NCBI GenBank assembly: GCA_002269645.1
Contig: NIVC01003900.1
Span: forward strand, 1-64,000
Length of the DNA stretch: 64,000 nt
From: Macrostomum lignano
Lineage: Eukaryota
Reading direction: 5' to 3'
Position numbers and translations under genes: made by a program. Shown here piece after piece: positions 25,328-37,600 of this stretch. The first letter of the stretch is position 1. Each line of letters starts with the position of its first letter. Under the pieces are notes generated by a model, which worked only from the letters and a program-made list of their open reading frames with translations, had not been told where the DNA came from and ran no database searches.

Positions 25328-25794
25328 CCCGGTGTAAAAAAAGCCGTCCATCGGGCGTCAGTTTTGGGCCGTCTGGGTAGGGTGCTTATGTCCTACTGAA
25401 ATCGAGTCCGCCAGACGCTGATGTAGGACTGATTCAGACGCAGACCGGACCCTGTTCAGTAGGGGTCCTCATGACTCCTACTTGCAATCTTTTATTCGAC
25501 CCCAGTATTTACACACTACTTTCAGTAGGTTGCATTGCGTGCAGTGTTTCAGTTTGTTAAAGTTATATCACGTATACGAAGACTTTGAAGAGCGAAATGA
25601 AAAATGCATTTTAGTTATCATTTATTTCCTGTTTACGTAGTTACATATAGTTTACGGGTAAAATAGAAAGTATGAAATATATAACATCACTTAGCGCAAC
25701 ATTAGCAGAACGGGGCAGGGTCGTTGAGCAGCAGGTTTGGCAGCAGTGGCCGAAATAGTCCTAATTATCAAATACCCGAATTCTATTGATCTAA

Positions 25795-26250
25795 TACCTA
25801 AATCCTAATAACCTCTTATCTAAATTCTAATTATCTCTTATCTGAACCCCAATTATCTCTTACCTGAATCCTAATCTCTTACCTGAATTCTAATCTCTTA
25901 CCTGAATCCTAATCTCTTACCTGAATTCTAATCTCTTACCTGAATCCTAATTATCTCTTACCTGAATCCTAATTATCTCTTACCTGAATCCTAATTTCTT
26001 ACCTGAATTCTAATCACTTGCCTGAATCCTAATTATCTCTTACCTGAATCCTAATTTCTTACCTGAATTATAACCTCTTACCTGAATCCTAATCTCTAAC
26101 CTGAATCCTAATTATCTCTTACCTGAATCCTAATTTCTTACCTGAATTCTAATCTCTTATCTGAATCCTAATCTATTACCTAAATCCTAATTATCTCTTA
26201 CCTAAATCCTAATTATCTCTTACCTGAATCCTAATTATCTCTATCTGAAT
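25795..26250. repeat. 22/19-bp minisatellite (TACCTGAATCCTAATTATCTCT) inside the CACTA-like element
   Basis: Directly visible. Confidence 0.92.
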
Positions 26251-26335
26251 TTTAATACATAGGATATTCTGGTGCGTATCCAGAAAATTAATGTTTTTGG
26301 GGTGCAAAAGAAATAAACAGTTACTCCTCGGCATC

Positions 26336-27985
26336 TCAATCAGAGTCAATTCTGGCCCGCTTTCTCATCCCTTGCTGCGCCTCGCTGGTGTCTCCTGGCA
26401 TTTCGTGGTGCTCTTCACGTAGGGATTTTCTACGTTGGCGCGCGGCCTCCCTCTCGGCAGCGTGTTTCAGCACCTGAATAACGGCGACTTCTACATCGCG
26501 CTCAGAGGGTCGTCCTCTGTCCTCAGGATATATGAACCTGATTGCCTCTGTAAATGTAGGTTTGGGTGGGTTGCACACAGGGTTAGAGAGGACCTGGAAC
26601 ATGTTTATCTGCCTCCCTGTACCTGTCGCTATATAACTCTAAATCTCTCTAAATGCGTATTTTACGTATTCTTTCATTTCTAATTCTTTCTAAGTTCCAT
26701 CAAAAACGAATACTGAATACAAAGAGCACTCACCCTGAATGGTATTCATGGCATTGCGGAAGCCCAGTTCGGCCTCGGTCGCGCCATGCCCAGGAACAGC
26801 CCGGTTCAGCCTTTCCGCCATGCCACGGCCACTGTAGTTGACTACACTTAGCATTGAAGCCGACATGCACTTTTCCAGCATCCGTCGGACCGTTTCATGT
26901 AGGGTCGCGCATCGGCAGCCACGTAGACTGGGTCCCTGAAGTGGAATGAAGTAGAAATTATTATTTTTAAAGCAAAAGAAGTATAAAATTATATTACTAC
27001 AATACTACTGCAAGTAGGTTGAAAGCACAAGTATATTATTTCTTCTATGAGTATAAGTTCATTGCTTTTAATTTGGATTAGATCTGTTTGTGATTAATCT
27101 AGCAAATATGAAAACTTACGAGGCGCTGTTGAGCTTCAATCGACGTTATAAAGCTGAGGTAGTCCGGCCACGAGTCAATTTGCGTGAACTCAACGGCGGT
27201 TTCTTCTTGGCGGCCGCGTCGAGTTTGAGATGCCAAATGAGCGGAAATGCCTTCGAGGAGGTCAATAACTTGGCGCTCAAATTGGTGCTGGCGCCTCTCC
27301 ATCTCTGCTAGGCGTCGAGCAGTTAGCATCGAAAGGTATGCCACACCTTCCGTGGAATTCGGGTCGAAGCCATCTGCACGCAGCTGGTCTTGGAATCGGC
27401 GAGCAGTCGCGCTGTGCAGCCTGCCGATGCCTTCTTCCCGCACCTCGGCATTGTCAGACGGGATGGCAGAGGAGGGCTTCTGCTTTGATACCGTTGATGG
27501 CCCGGCCGGTGTAGATCTTACTGCGACGGCTGCAGCAGAAGGCGATGCCGTTGCCTCTGGCTCTGACGCTAAATCCGACACCAGCGTCGCATCTGGGCCT
27601 GTGGACCGCGACCGTGGTGTCAGCACGACGGAAGATGCTGGAGGCGGGGGCAGGTCTGGTCGAGTAGGTCTGCTTTCGACCACTGCTGGCGTTCTCGCTG
27701 GCATGCGTGAAGTTGGGCAGTCGGATGCTTCACTGTCCGATGTCCTTATATTCTGGTAAAAAGAATGCATTTTGTTTTCATTAAAAGCAGAATAACTTAT
27801 CTTTGGGTTGCAGAGCACGTTCAGTTCATGAGGATTAAGAGCATCTAAGTTCTTACCTGAAGGGCTTGCATGCGGATTCGCTGCTTTCCAGTGTGCACGC
27901 GCTGCACTGCTTGCATGAGTCCCTCCGTTGACTTTTTCTTTTTCTCGACAAGCTGCCGGATTTTAAATATCACCGGGTCCGTATC
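26336..27985 (-). CDS. Spliced accessory gene of the CACTA-like element, DUF4806-like; 5' exons unresolved
   Basis: Phase-consistent exons about 27985-27857, 27752-27120, 26935-26734 and 26616-26336. Sequence ..IFKIRQL..IRTSDSE, a low-complexity linker, a coiled coil (LAEMERRQHQFERQVIDLL), TLHETVRRMLEK..VNYSGRG, and ERDVEVAVIQVLKHAAER. This layout resembles DUF4806 transposon proteins (recalled, not searched). Confidence 0.62.
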
Positions 27986-27991
27986 CCCTAT

Positions 27992-29197
27992 GGTCCCCTC
28001 CCAAACAGCAAGCGGTCCCCTCCCAAACAGCAAGCGGTCCCCTCCCAAACAGCAAGCGGTCCCCTCCCAAACAGCAGGGTCCCAAACAGCAGGGTCCCAA
28101 ACAGCAGGCTCCCAAACAGCAAGCGGTCCCCTCCCAAACAGCAAGCGGTCCCCTCCCAAACAGCAAGCGGTCCCCTCCCAAACAGCAAGCGGTCCCCTCC
28201 CAAACAGCAAGCGGTCCCCTCCCAAACAGCAGGCTCCCAAACAGCAGGCTCCCAAACAGCAAGCGGTCCCCTCCCAAACAGCAAGCGGTCCCCTCCCAAA
28301 CAGCAAGCGGTCCCCTCCCAAACAGCAAGCGGTCCCCTCCCAAACAGCAAGCGGTCCCCTCCCAAACAGCAAGCTCCCAAACAGCAAGCGGTCCCCTTCC
28401 AAACAGCAAGCGGTCCCCTCCCAAACAGCAAGCTCCCAAACAGCAAGCGGTCCCCTCCCAAACAGCAGGCTCCCAAACAGCAAGCGGTCCCCTCCCAAAC
28501 AGCAGGGTCCCAAACAGCAGGCTCCCAAACAGCAAGCGGTCCCCTCCCAAACAGCAAGCTCCCAAACAGCAAGCGGTCCCCTCCCAAACAGCAAGCTCCC
28601 AAACAGCAAGCGGTCCCCTCCCAAACAGCAGGGTCCCAAACAGCAGGGTCCCAAACAGCAGGCTCCCAAACAGCAAGCGGTCCCCTCCCAAACAGCAAGC
28701 GGTCCCCTCCCAAACAGCAGGCTCCCAAACAGCAGGCTCCCCAAACAGCAGGCTCCCAAACAGCAAGCGGTCCCCTCCCAAACAGCAGGCTCCCAAACAG
28801 CAGGCTCCCAAACAGCAAGCGGTCCCCTCCCAAACAGCAAGCGGTCCCCTCCCAAACAGCAAGCGGTCCCCTCCCAAACAGCAAGCGGTCCCCTCCCAAA
28901 CAGCAAGCGGTCCCCTCCCAAACAGCAAGCTCCCAAACAGCAAGCGGTCCCCTCCCAAACAGCAGGCTCCCAAACAGCAAGCGGTCCCCTCCCAAACAGC
29001 AGGGTCCCAAACAGCAGGCTCCCAAACAGCAAGCGGTCCCCTCCCAAACAGCAGGCTCCCAAACAGCAAGCGGTCCCCTCCCAAACAGCAGGCTCCCAAA
29101 CAGCAGGCTCCCAAACAGCAAGCGGTCCCCTCCCAAACAGCAAGCGGTCCCCTCCCAAACAGCAAGCGGTCCCCTCCCAAACAGCAGGCTCCCAAAC
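27992..29197. repeat. 22-bp minisatellite (CCAAACAGCAAGCGGTCCCCTC) with 14-bp subunits inside the CACTA-like element
   Basis: Directly visible; source of four spurious ORFs of 400-500 aa. Confidence 0.97.
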
Positions 29198-30452
29198 AAT
29201 ATATGAAATTTCTCTAGGAAAGGAGCTGAGAGTAGAGAAAATGGAGAGGAGAGAAACGAGAGAAGCGAGGAGATAAGAGATGGTAAAAATAAGAAGATAA
29301 TGGGAGATAAGAAAGGATAGGGTGCTATGTGAGATATGTATTTTCGAGGATATGAAATTTCGACCTTGTGAAAGCAACCCTGACACCCCTCCGCTTCCTC
29401 CCGGGCTTTACCCTCCAGAATCCCCCCCCCCTAAAAATTTCTCGTTGCGCTACTGATCTTAGTTAGGGCTTCGGGCCCTGGTCCACCAAAATCTGGCGCC
29501 AGCCCTTCGGCGGCTCAGTGCTACATTGAGCTCATTCACTTTCTGTTTTCCCGAAATTCTTGAGTTTTAACCCACCCACGCCCAACGTTGCTAAACTCTT
29601 ATTCACACGGGTAAGGTGCGCACTGAAAATTTGACCAACTTCTTTTCCAAATTCAAAAGCTCTGGCACTGCAAAATATTTACATAATCAAAGTGATTGTA
29701 CGCAATTAATAACCAGGTAATTTGGTATTTTTAATAAAAAGCAGTTATCACTCAGGGTATAGTCCTTTCTGGTGAACCCTACTGTCGAAAGTAGTAAGGC
29801 ATGATCAGACTTACTGTTGATACGTATTTTACGCGACACCCCAACCAAAATGTAGCTTTAAAAGATAGCTTAAAAATTAGTCTATGAAAAACGAAAATAT
29901 AACATTCACACAAAAAGATTAATTTATTTTCAACTGAAAGGCTAATGTCAAGCGACTGCAATCTAGAAGCCCCAAAACACAAAAGACTAAAGTTTGAAAA
30001 GTTTGAAAAGTTTGAAAAGAAACTTCGCCAACTTTTCTACTATCACAAGTAGTAAATTATGCAACTGGAGAATGACCAAGGGTCATTTTTCATCTGACGT
30101 ATCTTTTTAAATCGGACTGTCAAAAAGTGCTAGTTGTCAGTACACAAAGGTGAATACTTGAAAATAAACCCAAAACAAATCGAAATCACAGCAAAAGGGA
30201 CATTTATACGGCGTTAGAAAAAACTTGCATTTTTTAGGAGTCGATCGGATCTAAACGGACCATTGGGGACGAATAACGGACCCACATAAGTACAAAGTCG
30301 ACAAACTTTTTAGCCATGAAGTAACTGAAATATGGCCCTTTGGAGTGATTTAATGTAAAAACTAGACATTTTTTTCTCAAAGCAGACGCAACCCCAATGA
30401 GGACCCGTCGGGGTCCGAAAGACGTCCGCTTGACCCTACTTTTTACACCGGG

Positions 30453-31500
30453 AACAGGTGTCTGTCAAATTCCCATGCATCTGTCCTATTTACAGGTGTC
30501 TGTCATATTCCCATGTATCTGTCCTGTCTACAGGTGTCTGTCATATTCCCATGCATCTGTCCTATCAACAGGTGTCTGTCAAATTCCCATGCATCTGTCC
30601 TATTTACAGGTGTCTGTCATATTCCCATGTATCTGTCCTGTCTACAGGTGTCTGTCATATTCCCATGCATCTGTCCTATCAACAGGTGTCTGTCAAATTC
30701 CCATGCATCTGTCCTATTTACAGGTGTCTGTCATATTCCCATGTATCTGTCCTGTCTACAGGTGTCTGTCATATTCCCATGCATCTGTCCTATCAACAGG
30801 TGTCTGTCATATTCCCATGTATCTGTCCTGTCTGTAGACAGGTGTCTATCCTATCAACAGGTGTCTGTCATATTCCCATGTATCTGTCCTGTCTACAGGT
30901 GTCTATCCTATCCACAGGTGTCTGTCATATTCCGATGTATCTGTCCTGTCTACAGGTATCTGTCCTATCCACAGGTGTCTGTCATATTCCCATGTATCTG
31001 TCCTGTCTACAGGTGTCTATCCTATCCACAGGTGTCTGTCATATTCCCATGTATCTGTCCTATTTACAGGTGTCTGTCCTATCCACAGGTGTCTGTCATA
31101 TTCCCATGTATCTGTCCTGTCTACAGGTATCTGTCCTATCCACAGGTGTCTGTCATATTCCCATGTATCTGTCCTGTCTACAGGTATCTGTCATATTCCC
31201 ATGTATCTGTTCTGTCTACAGGTGTCTGTCATATTCCCATGTATCTGTTCTGTCTACAGGTGTCTGTCATATTCCCATGTATCTGTTCTGTCTACAGGTG
31301 TCTGTCATATTCCCATGTATCTGTTCTGTCTACAGGTGTCTGTCATATTCCCATGTATCTGTTCTATCCACAGGTGCTGTCCTGTTCACAGGTGTCTGTC
31401 CTGTCAACCGGTGCCTGTCCTATTCACAGGTGTTTGTCCTATTTACATGTGTTTGTCCTAGTGTCCTGTCCAAATGTGTCTGCCTACCACACTACCTGTC
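30453..31500. repeat. 38-bp satellite (TCATATTCCCATGTATCTGTCCTGTCTACAGGTGTCTG) with a 3-unit higher-order repeat at its left end
   Basis: Directly visible; the 38-aa ORF periodicity equals 114 nt. Confidence 0.95.
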
Positions 31501-31623
31501 TTTCTGTCTAATGTCTGTTTCTCCTGTCTGTCTTTACAATTCTTATAGGACGTATCCTCATATCTAAAAAACAGCAGTCTTTTTTATATAAAAATCTATA
31601 CAGCAAAAAACATAAAAATTCGA

Positions 31624-34600
31624 TCAAAGATCAGGCATTTCATTGCAATCATTGTCGCTACAATCCTTATCATTAGAACTACCGTTATTGTTATTATTAT
31701 TATTAATAGCATACTTGACCAGCTTCCTCTCGGCATTCTTTCGCCTTTTAGTCTCTTCAGCTAGCAGTCGTCTCAGCGTGAGCACCTCGGCAGCCAGACG
31801 GTCCACAGCGGCAGATTTGCTAGCCGCATAGCGCCACGACTGCAACAGCTCAGCAGCTTGAGGCCGTCTGGCTGGATCTGGATGAGTCAGCTTCAGGATG
31901 ACATCGGCTTCTTGTGGATAGCGCAACGCCAGATCGTCGGGCAGTCGATGCTCCCGTCTCAATTCGTTTAGCAATCGTTGGCGCTCGTGACCGCTAGAGA
32001 ACGGCTGGTAGAGCTCGAATAGGATGACCCCTAAGCTGAACATGTCGGTTTTCTGGTCGTACTGCAGGCCGGCCCGCAGCTCCGGGCTCTGGTAGCTGGC
32101 GGTGCCAACCGTGGACATTTTCAAGCGTGGCGCGTCAGCGCGCCTCGGATCTGCCGGGCTGGCTACTGAACGGGCGAGGCCAAAATCGCCGATTCGAACT
32201 CGATAGCGGCATCTTGGGGATGTGGGAGATTAGTGTGTCGATGAAATTAGACATTTATTGCATATTATACTTTTCTTCCCTATCCTATCCTTGGTTCTAC
32301 TTTTCTTCTTCCCGATTCTATCCTTGATTCTATTTTTCTTTCCGATTCTACCCTTGATTCTACTTTTCTTCTTTCCGATTCTATCCTTGATTCTAATTTT
32401 CTTCCCGATTCTATCCTTGGTTCTACTTTTCTTCTTCCCGATTCGATCCTTGATTCTATTTTTCTTTCCGATTCTATCCTTGATTCTATTTTTCTTTCCG
32501 ATTCTACCCTTGATTCTATTTTTCTTCTTTCCGATTCTATCCTTGATTCTACTTTTTTTCTTCCCGATTCTATCCTTGATTCTACTTTTATTCTACTTTC
32601 CTTCGGATTTTATCCTATCTTTTTCTTGACTGTGTTATTGATTTGGATTCTAATTCTATATTTTATTTTCATTTTTACTTTCCTTTTGAACTGCTATTCA
32701 TATAAGTCTACTATATGCTTATTTGAATTTTTCTAAATTCCCAGTCTCCCTCCCATAATACTACTCACTTAGTAGTCTCCGGCGATTCAACCAGTTGCAA
32801 AAACACATTCGTGCATTTCAAGTCGCGATGCAGAATGCCCTGACCGTGAATGTACTCAATGCCGCGAAGGAGCTGATGAAAAATGTCGTGATTCTCGTAG
32901 TCGTCAATGACTGGGCCAGTGGGGGCGCTGGTGGAATTTCTCCGATCGAGGTGAGCCTGCAGGTTGGTGTCGCACAGCTGCATCTGGATGAAGAGCACCA
33001 GTTCGCTACTGCGCAGAGTCATCATACGGTTGAGCGGAGCGCGATGCGACAGCGGCATCAGCTGGTGATGCCGCTTCTTGGATGCTGGCCGTCTGGCATT
33101 GCCGCCGTTGCGATGGTTACCGTCTATGGCAGATGATGAAGCCTCTTCGAGGGACAGCACACGCCTAGCGGTGCGGTTGAAATGCAGTTAATAGTTTCTT
33201 AAGCTCTGGTGACTGTGGGATTTAGCGATATCCCATCGACTCAGCTCCATCCAGGGACTAAGGAACTGGAAGGCTGGCTCAGCAACTGAGGATCTGGGAA
33301 GCTGGCCAAGCAACTGAGGATCTGGGAAGCTGGCCCAGTAACTGAGGATCTGTGAAGCTGGCCAAGCAACTGAGGATCCGGGAGGCTGATGACCCAGCAA
33401 CTGAGGATCTGGGAAGCTGGCCAAGCAACTGAGGATCTAGGAGGCTGATGACCCAGCAACTGAGGATCTGGGAGGCTGATGACCCAGCAACTGAGGATCT
33501 GGAAGGCTGGGTGAAGGATCCAGCAACCAAAGATTCTTCAAGATTTTAAATACTGTTAAATCCTATCTCATCTACCTGTAACTCGGTACAGGAGCCGAAG
33601 CCAGTTCCGAATCCGAGCCCAGCTGTTGCCAGCGCTCAGCCAGTTCTGCTGTCCAGCCACCATTGGAGCGAAGTTGCCAATTAATGGCGGAGGTGCCAGT
33701 TTTTAGCGACCTAAAATTTTATAAGAAAAAAGGAGATAAAGAATGGTAAAATACAAAGAAAGATAAACGTCAAAGACGTCAAACTTACAGATCTTTATCA
33801 AACTGTTCTTCTCCACTAAGACAAGCTTCGCTATCCTGATAATTTCCCAATGGTTTCCCAGCATCCTTCATCCGACTTTTTTCTTCGGCCTCATCGTTGC
33901 GAAACACAATCATGGAGTCGGACTGCTCCATTTTAGCAGAATTAGTCGCCGAAGAAGACTTCGAAGACGATATGGACGTTGAAGTCGAAGACGAAGACGT
34001 TTCTGATGGCAGCGAATCGCCTCTGGCTTCGCGTTCGCTCTCGCTCAGACTGGTCACTCGGGCGCCGAAGGCTGCGCCTCTGGGGTGGGTCAGGATGGGA
34101 TTTTTAATTGTGGGTCAAGATGGGAATTTTATAATTGTGGGTCAAGATGGGATTTTTTAATTGCGGGTTAAGATGGAGATTTTTTTTATTGTGGGTCAAC
34201 ATTGGGATTTTTTTATTGTGGGTCAACATGGGGATTTTTTTATTGTGAGTTAAGATGAGGATTTCTCATTGATGGGTCAAGATAGGGATTTTGAAGTGGG
34301 TCAAAATGGGCATATTTGAGAGTGGGTCAAGATGGGGATATCTGAGAGTGGGTCAAGATGCACGCGAAGGTGTATTCAGCACGCCAGTGAAGTATGAGAC
34401 AGACCAGGCCTAAGGGCTACGGTCTGCGATGCTTCACGCCTGCCCCTATATTCAGCAGGTCAAGGCTGGAGAGGGAGGTCTGCACCCGCTATTTGCCACT
34501 GGCAGCCGCAGACCCCCCCCCCTCACGCTGTTTCACAAGTCGACCCAGGGTACTCGTCCCCGCGTGTGTTCAAGGCAGACCCTAGGGCTGCTGGACAGAC

Positions 34601-37600
34601 TGGGCTCCGACGCTGGCGACCCATCCAGTGGCTTCGGCCGAATTTGGGTATGCGGGTCTGGCTTGCCAGCCTGCAGGCCGTGGTACTGCTTAACGTACCC
34701 CCTAATGCCTAAGGTGTTTGACCGTGCCGATGGGCTGGAAGGCCGGGGGGTTGTCCGGTCGCTAGCGGTCCTTTTCTTTTTCTTCTTTCCTCTTTCTTTT
34801 GTGACTCAGCTCACTCCTTCCCGCTTTCAGCTATGGCGTCATCCGCCTCTTTAACCCCCGCTGAAGCCGGGGCCCCGGCAACTCCGGCCGGTGACTCTGG
34901 CACCAGCGCCGCCCCACCGGGGGCAGATGGGCTTGCCGCCGGCTCGGCTGGTGACATGCCCGCACGCGCAACCGGGCCCTCCGCTGAAGCCCGACGCACC
35001 CGCAACCAACGCCGCAACGAGCGGCGACGGCGACTACGGGGTACTGCGGGCCGGCCACCGGCGGAAGGGGAACCTAGGGAGGGCGAGGCTGCTGTTGGGC
35101 CGAAAGGAACCACAGCAACCCCTGCCCCCCAGGATACAACCCCCGCTGGTGTGCCACCCAGTATACCTGCTACAAGCGCGGCCGGGCCTTCGGGAACCGC
35201 CGCCACCAACTACGCCTCAAAGGTCAAGCTCCAACCGGCGGTCATCGTCTTCGGGGAAGAGCAGGACCTCACGGCCGACGAGCTCGACAGTGCCTGGCGC
35301 ACCATCGATGCTGCGCTCATCGACCAGCTCCTGGCGGGCCGCCCTGTGAGCGTGGTCAAGTCTGCCAAGACCGACGGCTGCATCTTCATCTGGTGCAGCT
35401 CGGAGGAGAGCAGCCGCAATCTACGCGAGCTTCTGCCAAAGCTGAACTGGCCCAAGAAGCTCGGCAAGCTCGTCTTCGCCAGCGAGGGCGAACGACAGAA
35501 GACCCAGCGCTTTCGCGTCTGGATCCCGGCCGGCAGTGCCATTAAGTCCGGAGATCAGCTTAGGCAAATATTGCTAAAGCTGCACCCCGACCTTAAGGTC
35601 AACGGGCTCCTACACCACGCCACTTCCCGCAAGGAGAAGGGGGCTACGGTGATCCTAGGGCTCTCTGATGACTGGGCTAAGCGCTTGCCGCCTAAGTCCA
35701 CAATTCATATTGGTCTGACTCAGCTGACCATCCTCCGTTGCGAGGAGCGGAAAGCTGATGAAGCCAAGAATGCCAAAGCTTCCGAAACCGGAACTGGGGC
35801 CCAGGCTCCTCCGGCAAAGAAGCCGAGGCAAACGGCCGATCCTATGCCCGGTAAGGCAGTTCGCGCTGCTGAAACCGGAAATCGCAATCGCAGACCCGCC
35901 AGGAGCACCCGGAGGTCCGGCCTGATCCAGCGCGCGCTGGACCAGGCCAAGAACCTTCGTGCGCATCGTGAGCGGGCCCGCGCTTCTCGCGCTCCACCCC
36001 AACAGCCAGAAGGCCAGACTCTAAGCGGGGAGGCTCCGACCGACTGGTTCGAGTCTGTGACTCACCAGGAGGCTGGCGCCACCCGCATCGACCTGACCGA
36101 CGAGGCAGAGGGGACGGGCAGTGACAGCACCGAAGCACGCAGGAGAGGCGACGGTAACGTCCACGCTGGGCTCACGTCCGCGGAGGACTCCACAGCCACC
36201 CTAACTGCTGAGGACGCTGAAACTCCCATGGAGGTCTGCGGGTCACCCACCACTGAAAAGGAGGAGGATGACCTGCTCAACGATTCCCCAACTGCGTGAT
36301 AATGATCAGCAACCAGGGAATCCATTGCCTGCAGATTAATCTGCAGCACTGCGTCGCAGCCTCGGTCAACCTTATGCGTTACGCCGAGCTCGACAAGCCG
36401 GGGCTCATCCTCGTCCAGGAACCCTGGACTCTCAGAGGTAAGCCTCAAAACGCCCCTGCTGGCTACAATTGTTTTTATACTTACCCTCGCGAGGCCAACC
36501 AGCCTCCCAGAGCTTGCATCTTTGCGAGCAAAACGCTCAGTGCGTGGCTCAGATCGGACCTGTCCAACAGGGACATCTGCGTCATCCAATCCGAGGACCT
36601 TCTTCCTGGGAAGACCACCCTCATTGCCTCGGTTTACCTACCAGGCGATGCTGCGGTCGTCCCCAGAGCCCTCGCTACGCTGGTAGAGCTCTGCTCTGCC
36701 AAAAACTACGAGCTCATGGTTGCCGGCGACATCAACGCCCACCACACTCACTGGGGCAGCACTGGCATTAATCAGAGAGGCGAAGACCTCCTAGCCTACG
36801 TTGCCTCTACGACCCTCGAGTTCTGCAACTCTGGGTCCACCCCTACCTTTGACAACGGACGGTGGTCGGAGGTGATCGACGCTACGCTCGCAACGCCCAG
36901 ACTCTACCAGAGTATTGGGGCGTGGCGGGTGCTTCCAGTGTCCTCACTATCGGATCACAAGTTCATCTCCTTCAACCTAATGGCCGCGCGTAGCGCAACT
37001 CGTGTTACGTGGAGACGGAACGCCAGAAATACGGATTGGGAAACCTTCGGGCTCGCCCTGAAGGAATTCCATCGGTCTCCTGGCCAACCATCCACGATCA
37101 CGTCGTGCCGAGAGGCGGATGAGTGCGCGACTGTTTTGACAGAGACGCTAACCGCCGCCTTTGAGGCGTCCTGCCCTTTAAAAGCCTATAAAGGGAAAAA
37201 ATCGGCGCCGTGGTGGAATCCCGAGCTCGGCAACCTCCGTCGCAGGGCTAAGAGACTCCACCGCAGAGCAACTAAAACTAAGAGCCCTGCAGACCAAACC
37301 GCCTATCATGAAGCAATTCATGAGTTTAAAAGGCAGGTTAGGAATGCAAAGGCTCAAAAATGGCGACAATACTGTGAGGAGCTAGAGGGCTCACACCCCA
37401 CCTCCAGAGTTGTGAAAGCGCTCACGCTGGACAAAATGTCTAAGCTCTCCTCGGTCAAACGCACCGACGGTACGTCCACGGACAACCCAGGGGAAACGCT
37501 TGATGTAATGCTCACTGCGTTTTTCCCTAACGAGCCAGCTAACCAGACCACTCCGGATCACTCGGAGGGAGGTCACGCGCTGGCTGCATCTATCATCACG

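Larger units (their letters stand above)
25328..30452. mobile_element. CACTA/CMC-like DNA transposon, 5125 bp, apparently non-autonomous
   Basis: TIR CCCGGTGTAAAAA (25328..) and TTTTTACACCGGG (..30452). 2-bp TSD AA (25326-27 and 30453-54); removing the element restores the satellite unit CTATCAACAGGTG. Shared subterminal motif GGGTCCTCAT / ATGAGGACCC. No transposase ORF seen. Confidence 0.8.

Noticed and set aside
27845-29386. Four ORFs of 403-513 aa
   Set aside because: They are translations of the 22-bp array; only the last roughly 43 codons before the 27857 donor look like a real exon.
30397-31567. Cys-rich ORFs of 146-369 aa
   Set aside because: They are translations of the 38-bp satellite.
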